64,000 nucleotides of DNA from Actinomycetes bacterium (GCA_031398745.1 JANNNX010000007.1:8844-72843); one strand, 5' to 3'; positions 44,620 to 54,142 are shown, numbered from the stretch's first letter. Notes: generated by a model not told the origin, from the letters alone. A program made the numbers and translations.

Positions 44620-44823
44620 GTGGTGACCGTGGTGCTGGCCCACCAGGGCGGGTGGGACGAGGTCCTCTATGTGCTCGGCCCCTTGGCCGTGCTGGTGGCG
44701 CTCTTGCGGTTGGCGTCGAAGCGAGCCGATGCCGAGCACGAGGCCGACGAGCACCGGTCCGCCGAGCGCGGCGCCGAGCCCGACCCCGACGATCCCCCGG
44801 GCGGTGCGTCGTGGCCCGGGTGA
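44620..44823 (+). CDS. small single-TM protein with acidic tail, hypothetical
   Basis: VVTVVLAHQGGWDEVLYVLGPLAVLVALLRL... GTG is preceded by GAGGGG. Its stop overlaps the MFS GTG (GTGA at 44820-44823). Confidence 0.35.
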   Translation: MVTVVLAHQGGWDEVLYVLGPLAVLVALLRLASKRADAEHEADEHRSAERGAEPDPDDPPGGASWPG

Positions 44824-46412
44824 CCAGCCGGCTGGTGGTCGAGCCGGACGACGACCGATGGCCGTTGGGACCCCGCAACGACATCGTCGCCGAACAGCAC
44901 ACCGGAGACTCCCCCACCGAAGCGGGGGCGGAGAGGGGTGGCACGTTCGAGGCGGTGGGCGGTCCCTTCCGCCGGTACCGCCGCAAGGTCAGCACCGCGA
45001 GGCGAACCGATGGCCGGCTGGCGGTCACCACCACCGTCGAATGGGAGTTGGCCATCCCGTTCTTCGGCTGGGTCTACGCCCTCCCGGTGCGGCGCGCCTT
45101 GGCTCGGCGGCCGGGGCCGCCCGGGCACCAGCCGTGGTGGGCGCCCCCGGCCCGGCTCGACCCCCGGGCCTCGTCCACCGTCGGTGCCCTGGCCGCCGCC
45201 GCCCTGGTCGCCGGCTACCTCGGCACGCTGCTCACCCAGACCATCACCTACGCGGCTGACGACCTCGGCCAGGCCAGCCGGGGGGCGCAGGGGATCGTGC
45301 TGGCCTCGGTGCGCCTCGGCGTGCCGCTGGCGCTGCTGGTGACGGTGGTCGCCGACCGGCGGGGACGGCGGCGCGTCCTGCTGCTCAGCGCCGGGGCCGC
45401 CGTGGTGCTGGCCGCCACCGGCGGCCTGGCGCCGTCGATGGCCTGGCTGGGCGCGAGCCAGACGCTGGCCCGAGGGTGCTCCACCGCGGTGGCCCTCCTC
45501 ATCGCGGTGGTGGCGGCCGAGGAGATGCCCCGGGGATCTCGGGCCTACGCGGTGAGCGTCTTGACCCTGGCCGCCGCCCTCGGTTCGGGCCTCTGCGTCA
45601 TGGCCCTGCCCCTCACCGCGCTCGGCCCCGGCGGCTGGCGCCTGCTCTACCTGCTGGCCCTGGCCGGCCTGCCGGTCGTGCTCGCGGTCCGGCGCCACCT
45701 CCCCGAGACCCGGCGTTTCGCGACCCAGCACCGGCAGGTGGCGATGACCGGCCACTGGGGCCGGCTGGCCCTCCTGGCGGCGATGGCCTTCCTGTTCGCG
45801 GTTTTCGCCGCTCCGGCGTCGCAGTTCCAGAACGAGTTCCTCCGGACCGAGCGCGACTACTCCGCCGCCGCCATCGCCCTGTTCACCCTGGTCACCAACA
45901 CCCCGGCGGGTGTGGGGGTGATCGTGGGCGGGCGCCTGGCCGACACCCACGGCCGTCGCCGGGTCGGGGCGGTGGGTGTGGTCGGCCTCACCGCGGGCAC
46001 GCTGGCCACCTACCTGACCGCGGGCCCGTCGATGTGGCTGGCGGCGGTGGTCGGCGGGATGGTCGGGGCGGTGGCCGTGCCCGCCCTCGGCGTCTACGGC
46101 CCCGAGCTCTTCCCGACCTCGCTGCGGGCCCGGGCCAACGGGGCCATCAGCGTGGTCGGGGTGGCCGGCTCCGCGCTCGGGCTCCTGGCCGCGGGTGCCC
46201 TGTCCGACCAGCTCGACGGCGTCGGCCAGGCCATGGTCATCCTCGCCGTCGGGCCCGCAGCCCTGGTCGTGGTGGTGCTCACCCTCCTGCCGGAGACTGC
46301 GGGGCGCAGTCTCGAGGAGCTCAACCCCGAGGACCAGGCTCCCCCGCCCGTCGCTCCACCGCCGCCCAGCCCGTCGTCAGCCGAGGTGGGCCAGCCAGCC
46401 GGCGACCGCTGA
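44820..46412 (+). CDS. MFS transporter with a roughly 140-aa N-terminal soluble extension
   Basis: The MFS core contains VADRRGRRRVLLLS and GRLADTHGRRRV loop motifs and about 12 TM segments. The N-terminal 140 aa show no family I recognise. Confidence 0.8.
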   Translation: MTSRLVVEPDDDRWPLGPRNDIVAEQHTGDSPTEAGAERGGTFEAVGGPFRRYRRKVSTARRTDGRLAVTTTVEWELAIPFFGWVYALPVRRALARRPGPPGHQPWWAPPARLDPRASSTVGALAAAALVAGYLGTLLTQTITYAADDLGQASRGAQGIVLASVRLGVPLALLVTVVADRRGRRRVLLLSAGAAVVLAATGGLAPSMAWLGASQTLARGCSTAVALLIAVVAAEEMPRGSRAYAVSVLTLAAALGSGLCVMALPLTALGPGGWRLLYLLALAGLPVVLAVRRHLPETRRFATQHRQVAMTGHWGRLALLAAMAFLFAVFAAPASQFQNEFLRTERDYSAAAIALFTLVTNTPAGVGVIVGGRLADTHGRRRVGAVGVVGLTAGTLATYLTAGPSMWLAAVVGGMVGAVAVPALGVYGPELFPTSLRARANGAISVVGVAGSALGLLAAGALSDQLDGVGQAMVILAVGPAALVVVVLTLLPETAGRSLEELNPEDQAPPPVAPPPPSPSSAEVGQPAGDR

Positions 46413-46940
46413 GGCCACCTCGGGGTCTCGTCCCCGCAGGTCGTGGCGACCGTCTTCCAACCAGACGTGGGTGACTGGCCCGGGGATGGCGGCGGTGGCG
46501 GCCTCGAGCTCGGCCGGGGTGCCGAACGGGTCGCGGGTGCCAGACACGAACAGGCACGGCACCGACAACGCCGGCAGGTGCTCGGTGCGGAGCCGCTCGG
46601 GGCGCCCCGGGGGGTGCAGCGGGTAGGCGACCAGCACGACACCCGCCGCGGGCAGGCCTTCGGCCACCGCCATCGAGCACATCCGGCCGCCCATCGAGCG
46701 CCCGCCGACCACGATCGACTCGGCCGCCACGCCGGCCTCGGCGGCCACGGCGGCGGCCTCCTCTCGTACTGCGGCGACCAGGCGAGGGGCTCGGTCGGGG
46801 GCCCGGCGACCCTCCTTGCGGTAGGGGAAGTCCATGCGGACGACGGGCAGAGAAGCCACTGCGGCCTCGATGGCAACCAGGGTCGACTGGTCGCGGCCGC
46901 TGCCCGCGCCGGGGGCCAGGAGGAGCGCTCCGGGCCTCAC
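46377..46940 (-). CDS. alpha/beta-fold hydrolase (short dienelactone-hydrolase/KANL3-like type)
   Basis: LLLAPGAGSG, nucleophile elbow GGRSMGG, and FVSGTRDPFG...DGRHDL. GTG 46940 overlaps the upstream stop (GTGA). It overlaps the MFS 3-prime end convergently by 36 nt. Confidence 0.7.
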   Translation of the reverse strand: MRPGALLLAPGAGSGRDQSTLVAIEAAVASLPVVRMDFPYRKEGRRAPDRAPRLVAAVREEAAAVAAEAGVAAESIVVGGRSMGGRMCSMAVAEGLPAAGVVLVAYPLHPPGRPERLRTEHLPALSVPCLFVSGTRDPFGTPAELEAATAAIPGPVTHVWLEDGRHDLRGRDPEVASAVAGWLAHLG

Positions 46941-47659
46941 GGGGCGGCCGACAGCAGGATGCGGCGGGCCTCGGCCAGCTCGGCCAGCCGGCCGGCCGCC
47001 TCGCGACGGTCGCCGCCGTGGTCGGGATGGGCGGCCCGCACCAGGTCGCGGAAGCGCCGACGGACCGCGGCCGCCTCGAGGTCGACCGGCTCGGCGCCGG
47101 ACACGGTCAGGCCGAGCACGGCCAGGGCCCAGGACCGCGGATCGGCGTGGCCCGAGGTGGCCCAGCTGCCGCTGGTAGTGCCGGCCGCCAGGTAGGCCAC
47201 CAACTCCGGGCCGATGCCTCCCGACCAACGCAGTGCCCGACGGATGACGGCCAGCACCGCCGCCCGGTCGCCGACCGCGGCATGGCGGACGGCATAGACC
47301 GCGCCCAGCAACTGGGTCTCGGGCCGGCCCTCGGTCTCGAGTTCGAAGGTGAGCCGCTCGCCGTCTCCGCCGACGAGGCGGTGACGGCTGCGGGCCAGGC
47401 CGATCCGGTCGACCTGGAACCGGTGCCGGAGCCGGGGCTGGGAGATCGGGCGGTCGCCAGCCAGGTCGGTGAGCAGGCCGGGCAAGTCGTCGATCAGCTC
47501 GAGGTCGACCGCCGGCGCGTGGGCCGCCACGATCCCGCCCAGCAAGAGCCCGCCAAAACCAGGGGGAGGCTCGAAGGGAAGGTGCAGGGCGCCGAGGGCG
47601 ACCCGCCGGGTCGGCGCCACCGGACGGCTGTGCCAGATCTCCAGCTCAGCCAGGAGCAC
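46937..47659 (-). CDS. J-domain protein with an uncharacterised N-terminal domain
   Basis: The C-terminus RRRFRDLVRAAHPDHGGDRREAAGRLAELAEARRILL contains the HPD tripeptide in a J-domain helix II/III context. I do not recognise the roughly 170-aa N-terminal domain. Confidence 0.7.
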   Translation of the reverse strand: MLLAELEIWHSRPVAPTRRVALGALHLPFEPPPGFGGLLLGGIVAAHAPAVDLELIDDLPGLLTDLAGDRPISQPRLRHRFQVDRIGLARSRHRLVGGDGERLTFELETEGRPETQLLGAVYAVRHAAVGDRAAVLAVIRRALRWSGGIGPELVAYLAAGTTSGSWATSGHADPRSWALAVLGLTVSGAEPVDLEAAAVRRRFRDLVRAAHPDHGGDRREAAGRLAELAEARRILLSAAP

Positions 47660-47668
47660 GCGTCCACG

Positions 47669-49501
47669 CTACCGGGCGCCCCCGGGCAGGGCCTGGCCGG
47701 GAGGGGGGACATGGCGGGCGAGGAAGTCCTCCACCCGCGCCAGCTCGTCGATGACGGTTGCCGGCAGGGCAAACCCGTGCCGCTCGCCTGGGTAGAGGTG
47801 GTGCTCGACCGGCCGGCCGAGGCCCTGGAGCCGCTCGACCAGGGCCACCGCCTGGTCGGCCACCACCACCTCGTCGTCGAGGCCGTGGAGCACCAGCAGC
47901 GAGTCGACGATGGCCTCGGCTCGGTGCCGGGGCGACCGGCTTCGGTACTCGGCCCCGGACTCGGGCCACGGGCCGACGAGGGAGGCGAAGGCCGGCGCCT
48001 CGAAAGCAGTGGTGCTCGACGCGGTGCGCTCGAGATCGGTGACGGCCGACACCGCGACGCCGGCCGCGCACAGTCCCGGGTAGCTGGCGAGCAGGTTGAG
48101 GACGCAGAAGCCGCCGGCCGAGGCCCCGATGGCCACCACCCGGTGGGGGTCGCCCCATCCCTCGGCGACGGCCGCCCGCACCCCGGCGGCCACGTCCTCG
48201 ACGTCGGCGACACCCCAGCGCCCGACCAGGGCCTGGGTGAAGGCGCGGCCGTGGCCGGTCGAACCCCGGTGGTCGGGCACCAGGACGTTCCACCCCCGGT
48301 CGACCCAATAGGCGATGCGGGGGTTGAAGTGGACCGGCCAGCGATCGGTCGGCCCCCCGTGCACCCACACCAGCAGGGGCGCCACCCCGAGGGGCGAGCG
48401 GGTCCTGTAGAGGCGACCCTCGAGGGGGGTGGCGTCGTCGGCCAGCCAGCGGACCCCCTCGGGTTCGACCAGATCGGCGGCCTCGAACCCGGCGACCGGG
48501 CCGACGGCCAGCACTCGCCGCTCGGCCACGTCCTCGACCGTGGCCGGGACCGTGTAGAGGACGACCTGGGTAGGGGTGCGGGCCCCGGAGCGCACCGCCA
48601 CGACCCGGTCGCCCCGCCACCCGACCGACCCGTGGACGGCCCGCCCGAGACGCACCCGGGTGGCCTCGTCACCGTCGGGCCCCACCAACCACAGGGATCC
48701 GAAGCCGCCCTCGTCGCGAGCGAGTACGAAGCCCGAGCCATCCGGGGCCCAGTCGAAGCTGCGGATGCCGGGGCCCCACGACGGCGGTCCGTGTTCGTGG
48801 GCCTCCTCCCATACGGGTCGGGCCCAGCTGCCGTCGGTCGCTCCCACCCAGAGGTTGAGCCAGCCGGTGGCATCGCTCAGGAAGGCGAGGAGCGAGCCGT
48901 CGGGAGAGAAGCGGGGTTGGGCCACCGACAGCCCCGGGCCGCCGGCGACCACCGTCGGCCCGGCCGAACCGTCGACCGGGGCCACCACCACCCGCGACTG
49001 GTCCCAGGGCATGGCCGTGGCGTCCCACTCGTGCCAGGCGAGCACGCCGCCGGCTCCCCCCGACCAATCGGGGTCGGCCAGCCGGCCGGCCTCGGTCAGC
49101 AGCCGGGCGTCGGAGCCGTCGATCCCCCCGACCCAGAGCTGGCAACCGTCGAGCACCCAGGCGACCTGGCGCCCGTCGGGCGACGGCACCGGCGAAGCGA
49201 TCGCCCCAGGCGCGGCGTCCACCACCGGCGTCGGCCGCCCACCATGGGCGCCGATACGCCAGAGCCCGCCACCCCGGGCCACGTAGACCAGGGATCGGCC
49301 GTCGGGGTACCACTCGAAGGCGCCGCCCCCCCACTGATGGACCCGGGCCGGGGCCGGCTCGGCGGTGAGGACCCGCTCGGGCCCCCCGGCCGCCGGCGTG
49401 GTGACGATGGCGGCCCCGCCCGCCGCCACCGCGAGGAAGGCGACGGTGGCCGCGTCGGGTGAGAGGCGGGGCTGGGCCACCACGCGGCCGTGGGCGCACA
49501 T
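47669..49501 (-). CDS. S9 family serine peptidase (prolyl oligopeptidase/acylaminoacyl-peptidase-like) with beta-propeller
   Basis: Repeated SPDG propeller strands. The catalytic domain carries LLVWVHGGP, GASAGG, LVLHGLDDEVV and ERHGF. ATG 49501. The track extension to 50542 is antisense to glpX. Confidence 0.85.
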   Translation of the reverse strand: MCAHGRVVAQPRLSPDAATVAFLAVAAGGAAIVTTPAAGGPERVLTAEPAPARVHQWGGGAFEWYPDGRSLVYVARGGGLWRIGAHGGRPTPVVDAAPGAIASPVPSPDGRQVAWVLDGCQLWVGGIDGSDARLLTEAGRLADPDWSGGAGGVLAWHEWDATAMPWDQSRVVVAPVDGSAGPTVVAGGPGLSVAQPRFSPDGSLLAFLSDATGWLNLWVGATDGSWARPVWEEAHEHGPPSWGPGIRSFDWAPDGSGFVLARDEGGFGSLWLVGPDGDEATRVRLGRAVHGSVGWRGDRVVAVRSGARTPTQVVLYTVPATVEDVAERRVLAVGPVAGFEAADLVEPEGVRWLADDATPLEGRLYRTRSPLGVAPLLVWVHGGPTDRWPVHFNPRIAYWVDRGWNVLVPDHRGSTGHGRAFTQALVGRWGVADVEDVAAGVRAAVAEGWGDPHRVVAIGASAGGFCVLNLLASYPGLCAAGVAVSAVTDLERTASSTTAFEAPAFASLVGPWPESGAEYRSRSPRHRAEAIVDSLLVLHGLDDEVVVADQAVALVERLQGLGRPVEHHLYPGERHGFALPATVIDELARVEDFLARHVPPPGQALPGGAR

Positions 49502-49570
49502 GGCGGCGGTGATGGTGGGCACGGGCAGGATCGTTGCACGGCGCCGGAGGCGACCGTTTAGGGTCGGGCC

Positions 49571-50575
49571 ATGACGAGCACCGACGACGCCACCCCCCCG
49601 ACCAGACGAGGCCCCGACCGCAACCTGGCGATGGAGCTCGTCCGGGTCACGGAGTCCGCCGCGCTGGCCGCGTCGCGGTGGATGGGCCGGGGCGACAAGG
49701 AGGGGGCCGACGGTGCCGCGGTCGACGCCATGCGCCTGGTGCTCGGGACGGTGCCCATGGACGGCGTGGTGGTCATCGGCGAAGGCGAGAAGGACGAAGC
49801 CCCGATGCTCTACAACGGCGAGAGGATCGGCGACGGCTCGCCCCCGGCCACCGACATCGCCGTCGACCCGATCGACGGCACGACCCTCACCTCCCTCGGG
49901 CGAGGCAACGCGCTGGCCGTCATCGCAGTGTCCGAGCGGGGGACGATGTTCAACCCCGGCCCTTGCGTCTACATGGAAAAGATCGCCGTCGGCCCCGACT
50001 GCGTGGGTGTCGTCAGCTTCGAGCTGTCGCCCACCGAGAACCTCCGGGCGGTGGCCAAGGCCAAGGGCGAGGACGTCCAGGACGTCACCGCCGTCATCCT
50101 CGACCGGCCCCGCCACGCCGAGCTCATCGCCGAGGTCCGCGACGCCGGGGCCCGCATCCGCCTCATCCCCGACGGCGACGTGGCCGGCGCCATCTCCACG
50201 GCCTGGACCGACACCGGCGCCGACATCCTCTTCGGCATCGGCGGCACCCCCGAGGGCGTCATCACCGCGGCCGCCCTCAAGTGCATGGGGGGCGAGCTCA
50301 TCGGCCGGCTCTGGCCCCGGGACCCGGCCGAGCGCCAGGCCGCCCTCGACGCCGGCTACGACCTCGATGCGGTGCTCACCACCGAGGACCTGGTGTCGGG
50401 CGACAACTGCTTCTTCGCGGCCACCGGCATCACCGACGGCGAACTGCTCCGGGGCGTGCACTTCCACACCGGGGGGGCGACCACCCAGTCGCTGGTCATG
50501 CGCTCGAAGACCGGCACCGTCCGCCTGGTCGACGCCCGCCACCGGGTGAACAAGCTCGCTGGTCTGGTCCTCTAG
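49571..50575 (+). CDS. glpX: class II fructose-1,6-bisphosphatase
   Basis: [49 protein letters not shown] and GIGGTPEGV blocks. Confidence 0.95.
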   Translation: MTSTDDATPPTRRGPDRNLAMELVRVTESAALAASRWMGRGDKEGADGAAVDAMRLVLGTVPMDGVVVIGEGEKDEAPMLYNGERIGDGSPPATDIAVDPIDGTTLTSLGRGNALAVIAVSERGTMFNPGPCVYMEKIAVGPDCVGVVSFELSPTENLRAVAKAKGEDVQDVTAVILDRPRHAELIAEVRDAGARIRLIPDGDVAGAISTAWTDTGADILFGIGGTPEGVITAAALKCMGGELIGRLWPRDPAERQAALDAGYDLDAVLTTEDLVSGDNCFFAATGITDGELLRGVHFHTGGATTQSLVMRSKTGTVRLVDARHRVNKLAGLVL

Positions 50576-50582
50576 CCCGGCC

Positions 50583-51368
50583 TCACCGGCCGAGCAGGCC
50601 CGCCACCCGGCGGCGCACGGCCACCGGGACGAACGCGGCGGCGATGGCCGCCACCCGGTTGACCAGGCCGGGGACGACCCGGACCCGGCGCCCGCCCAGC
50701 GCCCGCAGCGACACGTCGACGACCTCGTCGCTGCTCTGCCACACCCAGCCCGGGAGGCGGCGTGCGTCGAAGCCGGCGGTCTCCTGGAACTCCGAGCGGG
50801 TGAGGCCCGGGCACAGGGCCTGCACCCGCACGCCCTGGCCCCGCACCTCCTCGGCCACCGCCTCGCTGAAGGCCAGGACCAGGGCCTTGGTGCCGGCGTA
50901 GGTGGCGTTGCCGGGCAACGGCGTGAGCCCGGCGATCGAGGCGACGTTGACGATCGTTCCCTGGCCTCGCTCGAGCATCCCGGGCAGGGCCGCCTGGGTC
51001 AGACGGACCAGCGCGCCGGCGTTCAGCGCGATCATCGCCTGCTCCACTGCCGGGTCGAGCCCGGCCAGAGGACCCGACGTCCCGAACCCGGCGTTGTTGA
51101 CCACCATGTCGATCGGCTCCTCGGCGGCCGCCACCCGGGTCGCCACCCGGTCGAGGTCGACCGGGTCCACCAGGTCGGCCGCGAGCACCTCGACCGCCAC
51201 CCCGTGGCGGTCGCGCAACTCGTGGGCGAGCTGCTCGAGACGGTCGCGGCGGCGGGCGACCAGCACCACGTCGACCCCTCCGGCCGCAAGCTTGCGGGCA
51301 TACGCCTCGCCAATGCCGCTCGACGCGCCAGTGACCAGGGCCCGGAACGCTCCGATGGGGGGTGGCAC
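50583..51368 (-). CDS. SDR family oxidoreductase
   Basis: ALVTGASSGIGEAYA (TGxxxGxG), NNAG, and YAGTKALV (YxxxK). Confidence 0.9.
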   Translation of the reverse strand: MPPPIGAFRALVTGASSGIGEAYARKLAAGGVDVVLVARRRDRLEQLAHELRDRHGVAVEVLAADLVDPVDLDRVATRVAAAEEPIDMVVNNAGFGTSGPLAGLDPAVEQAMIALNAGALVRLTQAALPGMLERGQGTIVNVASIAGLTPLPGNATYAGTKALVLAFSEAVAEEVRGQGVRVQALCPGLTRSEFQETAGFDARRLPGWVWQSSDEVVDVSLRALGGRRVRVVPGLVNRVAAIAAAFVPVAVRRRVAGLLGR

Positions 51369-51377
51369 CGGGCGAGG

Positions 51378-52076
51378 CTAACCAGGCAGGTCGAGTACGC
51401 CGTCGAGCACCTGGCGCACGGCGTCGGACAGAGCCACGGCCCCGGCGTCGGTGAGGTGGACCCCGTCGTCCCAGTGGAGGTCGGCCCGGAACTGGTCGCC
51501 TCCGAGGGCCGCCCAGCCATCGGCCAGCACCACGCCCTCGAGCTGGTCGTAGAGGGCGTTGATGCGGGGCGTGCGGGACGCCAGCGGCTCGGCCGCGCTG
51601 GCCGGCCCCCGCACCACGACCACCGCCGCCCCGCGCCCGGACAGGATGGCCACGTCCTGGGTGACCACCCGGGCCCACTCGTCGTACATGGCGTCGCTGT
51701 CCGCGGCCGCGTCGCCCGGTTGGGGGTTGTAGTTGCCGACGTTCTCGAGCACCACCACGTCGGGGTCGAAGTCGGCCACCAGCGACGCGAAGAACGTGCC
51801 GTCGCGGAGGTCGTGGTCGAGGAGTCCCTTGCCCCAAACCGCCCAGACCTGGGTGTCGTAGCCCTCCTCAGCCAGCTCGGCGGAGGTCACGGCCGAGAAC
51901 TGGTCACCGATGGAGTCACCGATGAAGAGGACCCGGCTCGGACGGGGAGTCTCCGCCGAGGCGGGGGCCGAGGTCGGGGCCGGGTCCCGGCGGGGGTCGT
52001 CGTCGATCACCACCACGCCGACCAGGAGGGTGAGCATCGCCAGGCCGGCCACCACCCCGCCTCCCGCGCCACGCAC
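51378..52076 (-). CDS. SGNH/GDSL-type hydrolase with N-terminal membrane anchor
   Basis: TM segment AGLAMLTLLVGVVVI, block I VLFIGDSIG, block III ENVGNY, and block V DDGVHLT. Confidence 0.75.
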   Translation of the reverse strand: MRGAGGGVVAGLAMLTLLVGVVVIDDDPRRDPAPTSAPASAETPRPSRVLFIGDSIGDQFSAVTSAELAEEGYDTQVWAVWGKGLLDHDLRDGTFFASLVADFDPDVVVLENVGNYNPQPGDAAADSDAMYDEWARVVTQDVAILSGRGAAVVVVRGPASAAEPLASRTPRINALYDQLEGVVLADGWAALGGDQFRADLHWDDGVHLTDAGAVALSDAVRQVLDGVLDLPG

Positions 52077-52118
52077 ACCCCCATCATCGGCCCGTTCTCC
52101 GCATTGCTGTACGCGAGA

Positions 52119-52742
52119 TCACGTGTCATCGGGCACAAGTGAGAGCCCCCGGATCCGGAGCGAGGCGATCAGATCCCCCGCACCGGTGAACACCTCGCCG
52201 TCGAAACCGCGGCGGCGACCGGCCTCCACATAGGCCGCGATGTCGTCGGTGTAGAAGCAGGCGCCGGGCGCCACCCCGAGGTCGGCCAGACGGGCGGCGG
52301 CGGCCGCGAACATGGCGTCCTCGGGCTTTCGCGCTCCGACCTCGTAGGACAGCACGAGCTCGTCGAGCTGGTCGAGCGCACCCATGGCACCGAGGTGGCG
52401 CACGTGCAGGGCACAGGTGTTGGAGAACCCGACGGTCGCCACCCCGGCTCGCCGAGCCTGGTCGAGCACGGCCACCACCTGCCGATCGATGGTGAAGATG
52501 TCACCCACGGCCATCGCCAGATCGTCGGACGCCACCGACACCTCGAAGGTCGACTCGAAGCCCCGGTGGAACTCGTCGTCGGCGAGCTTTCCCCGCTCGA
52601 GAGCGTCGAACATCGACGCCTCCCAGGCCCGCCTCACCACGGCCGCCGGCACTCCGGCCAGTGACCCCATCTGGTGCCACATCCGGTCGTGGTCGAAGGG
52701 CACCACCACGTTGCCGAGGTCGACCAGGAGCGCGGCGATCAT
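52119..52742 (-). CDS. HAD-superfamily hydrolase (subfamily IA-like)
   Basis: MIAALLVDLGNVVV (DxG/DxD-type motif I region), FSNT (motif II), KPED and YTDD (motifs III/IV). The ATG overlaps the upstream stop (ATGA at 52739-52742). Confidence 0.8.
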   Translation of the reverse strand: MIAALLVDLGNVVVPFDHDRMWHQMGSLAGVPAAVVRRAWEASMFDALERGKLADDEFHRGFESTFEVSVASDDLAMAVGDIFTIDRQVVAVLDQARRAGVATVGFSNTCALHVRHLGAMGALDQLDELVLSYEVGARKPEDAMFAAAAARLADLGVAPGACFYTDDIAAYVEAGRRRGFDGEVFTGAGDLIASLRIRGLSLVPDDT

Positions 52743-53677
52743 CCTCGGAGGTCGCGGACCAGCTCGTCGTCGGTGCCGCTCGGCACCCACCCGCGATGGC
52801 CCAGGAAGGCGGCCATCGGGCTGGCGGGCTCGGGGGAGGCCGACAGCACGGCCACGCCCACCTCGGCCGCCGCCGACCCGAAGGCGGCCAAGAGCTGGGA
52901 GCCGACGCCGATCCCCCGCTCCCCCTCCACCGTCACCAGGCACGCCAGCCGGCCGATCGCCCCCGCCGTCCAGCCCCGGGCGACCCCCACCACCTCGCCT
53001 CCCCGGCGGGCGGTGACCGCCAGCGGGACCCCGGCCGGAGCGGCGGGGGCCGACCCCGCCGGGGCGCCGGCCAGCAGGGCCATCGCTACCGGGTCGAGGC
53101 GCTCGGTGACCGCCAGCTCGAGCTCGACCCCTCCTCGTCCCACCACCGCCGGGGGGCCAAAAGCTGCATCGGCGACCGGGCGCCAGGCCGTGGGACCACC
53201 GTCCCAGTGACGCTGCTCGAGCAGATGGACCCGATCGACGGTGACCTCGGCCCGGTAGTCGGCCATCGCCGCGGTGGCCGCCGCGATGCGGCTCGGCTCG
53301 AGTTGCTCGCACAGGGTCAGGTGGGGCTCGAAGGTCCATTGCGGCTTGCGGTGTAGCGGTGGCTGCATGACACGGCGGCGCAGCTCACGCACCGCATCCA
53401 GGTCGCCCCCCACGGCCAGGTACAGCACCGGGTTGACGGGCAGGAACGTGGCCGGGGGTCCGAAGGTCAGGACGAAGGGCGCGGTGGCCTCGGCCGCCGC
53501 CCGCAGCACGGCCAGCGCCGCCGGCAGCTCGTGGTCGTGGAAGTTGAGCGGCGGGACCAGGGTCACGTGACCAGGAATGCGCTCGATCCGCTCTCCGACC
53601 GCTCGCCGTAGGCCGTCGATCTCGGCCGCCAGCGGTTGGGGGAGCAGGAGGGCGACACCCACCCGGATCCTGGTCAC
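52739..53677 (-). CDS. fusion protein: 2H phosphoesterase (LigT/2-prime-5-prime RNA ligase-like) N-terminal domain plus GNAT acetyltransferase C-terminal domain
   Basis: Two HxT motifs (GHVTLVPP and PHLTLCEQ) in the first roughly 170 aa. GNAT motif A (VEGERGIGVGSQLLAAF) in the last roughly 110 aa. Confidence 0.7.
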   Translation of the reverse strand: MTRIRVGVALLLPQPLAAEIDGLRRAVGERIERIPGHVTLVPPLNFHDHELPAALAVLRAAAEATAPFVLTFGPPATFLPVNPVLYLAVGGDLDAVRELRRRVMQPPLHRKPQWTFEPHLTLCEQLEPSRIAAATAAMADYRAEVTVDRVHLLEQRHWDGGPTAWRPVADAAFGPPAVVGRGGVELELAVTERLDPVAMALLAGAPAGSAPAAPAGVPLAVTARRGGEVVGVARGWTAGAIGRLACLVTVEGERGIGVGSQLLAAFGSAAAEVGVAVLSASPEPASPMAAFLGHRGWVPSGTDDELVRDLRG

Positions 53678-53749
53678 ACCCTCATCCTGTCCACCCCGGC
53701 TGCACCCGGCATCGGCCGCCGATCCCCACGGCCGGGCAAGGGGACGAGG

Positions 53750-54136
53750 TCAGCCGCCGGCGAGGCGGACGCGGAGGCGGGCTCGGGTCAGGCGGGCCTC
53801 GATCTCGGCGTCGTCGCGGGCGTGGAGCTGGCGCTCGAGCTCGTCGACCTCGCGGCGGGCGTGCTCGAGATCGATCTCTCGCACCAGCTCCGCGCTGTCC
53901 GACAGCACCGTGACCCGGTCGCCGGCCACCTCGACGAAGCCGCCGTGGACCGCCACCGCCTCGTCGCCGTCGTCGGTGCCGATGATCCGCACCGCGTCGG
54001 CCACCAGCTCACCCACGAAGGCGGCGTGGCCCGGCTGGAAGGCGATCTCACCCTCGGTGGTGCGGGCCACCACCAGGTCGGCGTCGCCCGAGAACAGGAT
54101 CCGCTCGGGCGAGACCACCTCGACGTGCAGGGCCAC
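53750..54136 (-). CDS. atpC: F1 ATP synthase epsilon subunit
   Basis: MALHVEVVSPERILFSGDADLVVARTTEGEIAFQPGHAAF. Last gene of the atp operon. Confidence 0.9.
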   Translation of the reverse strand: MALHVEVVSPERILFSGDADLVVARTTEGEIAFQPGHAAFVGELVADAVRIIGTDDGDEAVAVHGGFVEVAGDRVTVLSDSAELVREIDLEHARREVDELERQLHARDDAEIEARLTRARLRVRLAGG

Positions 54137-54142
54137 CGCCCG

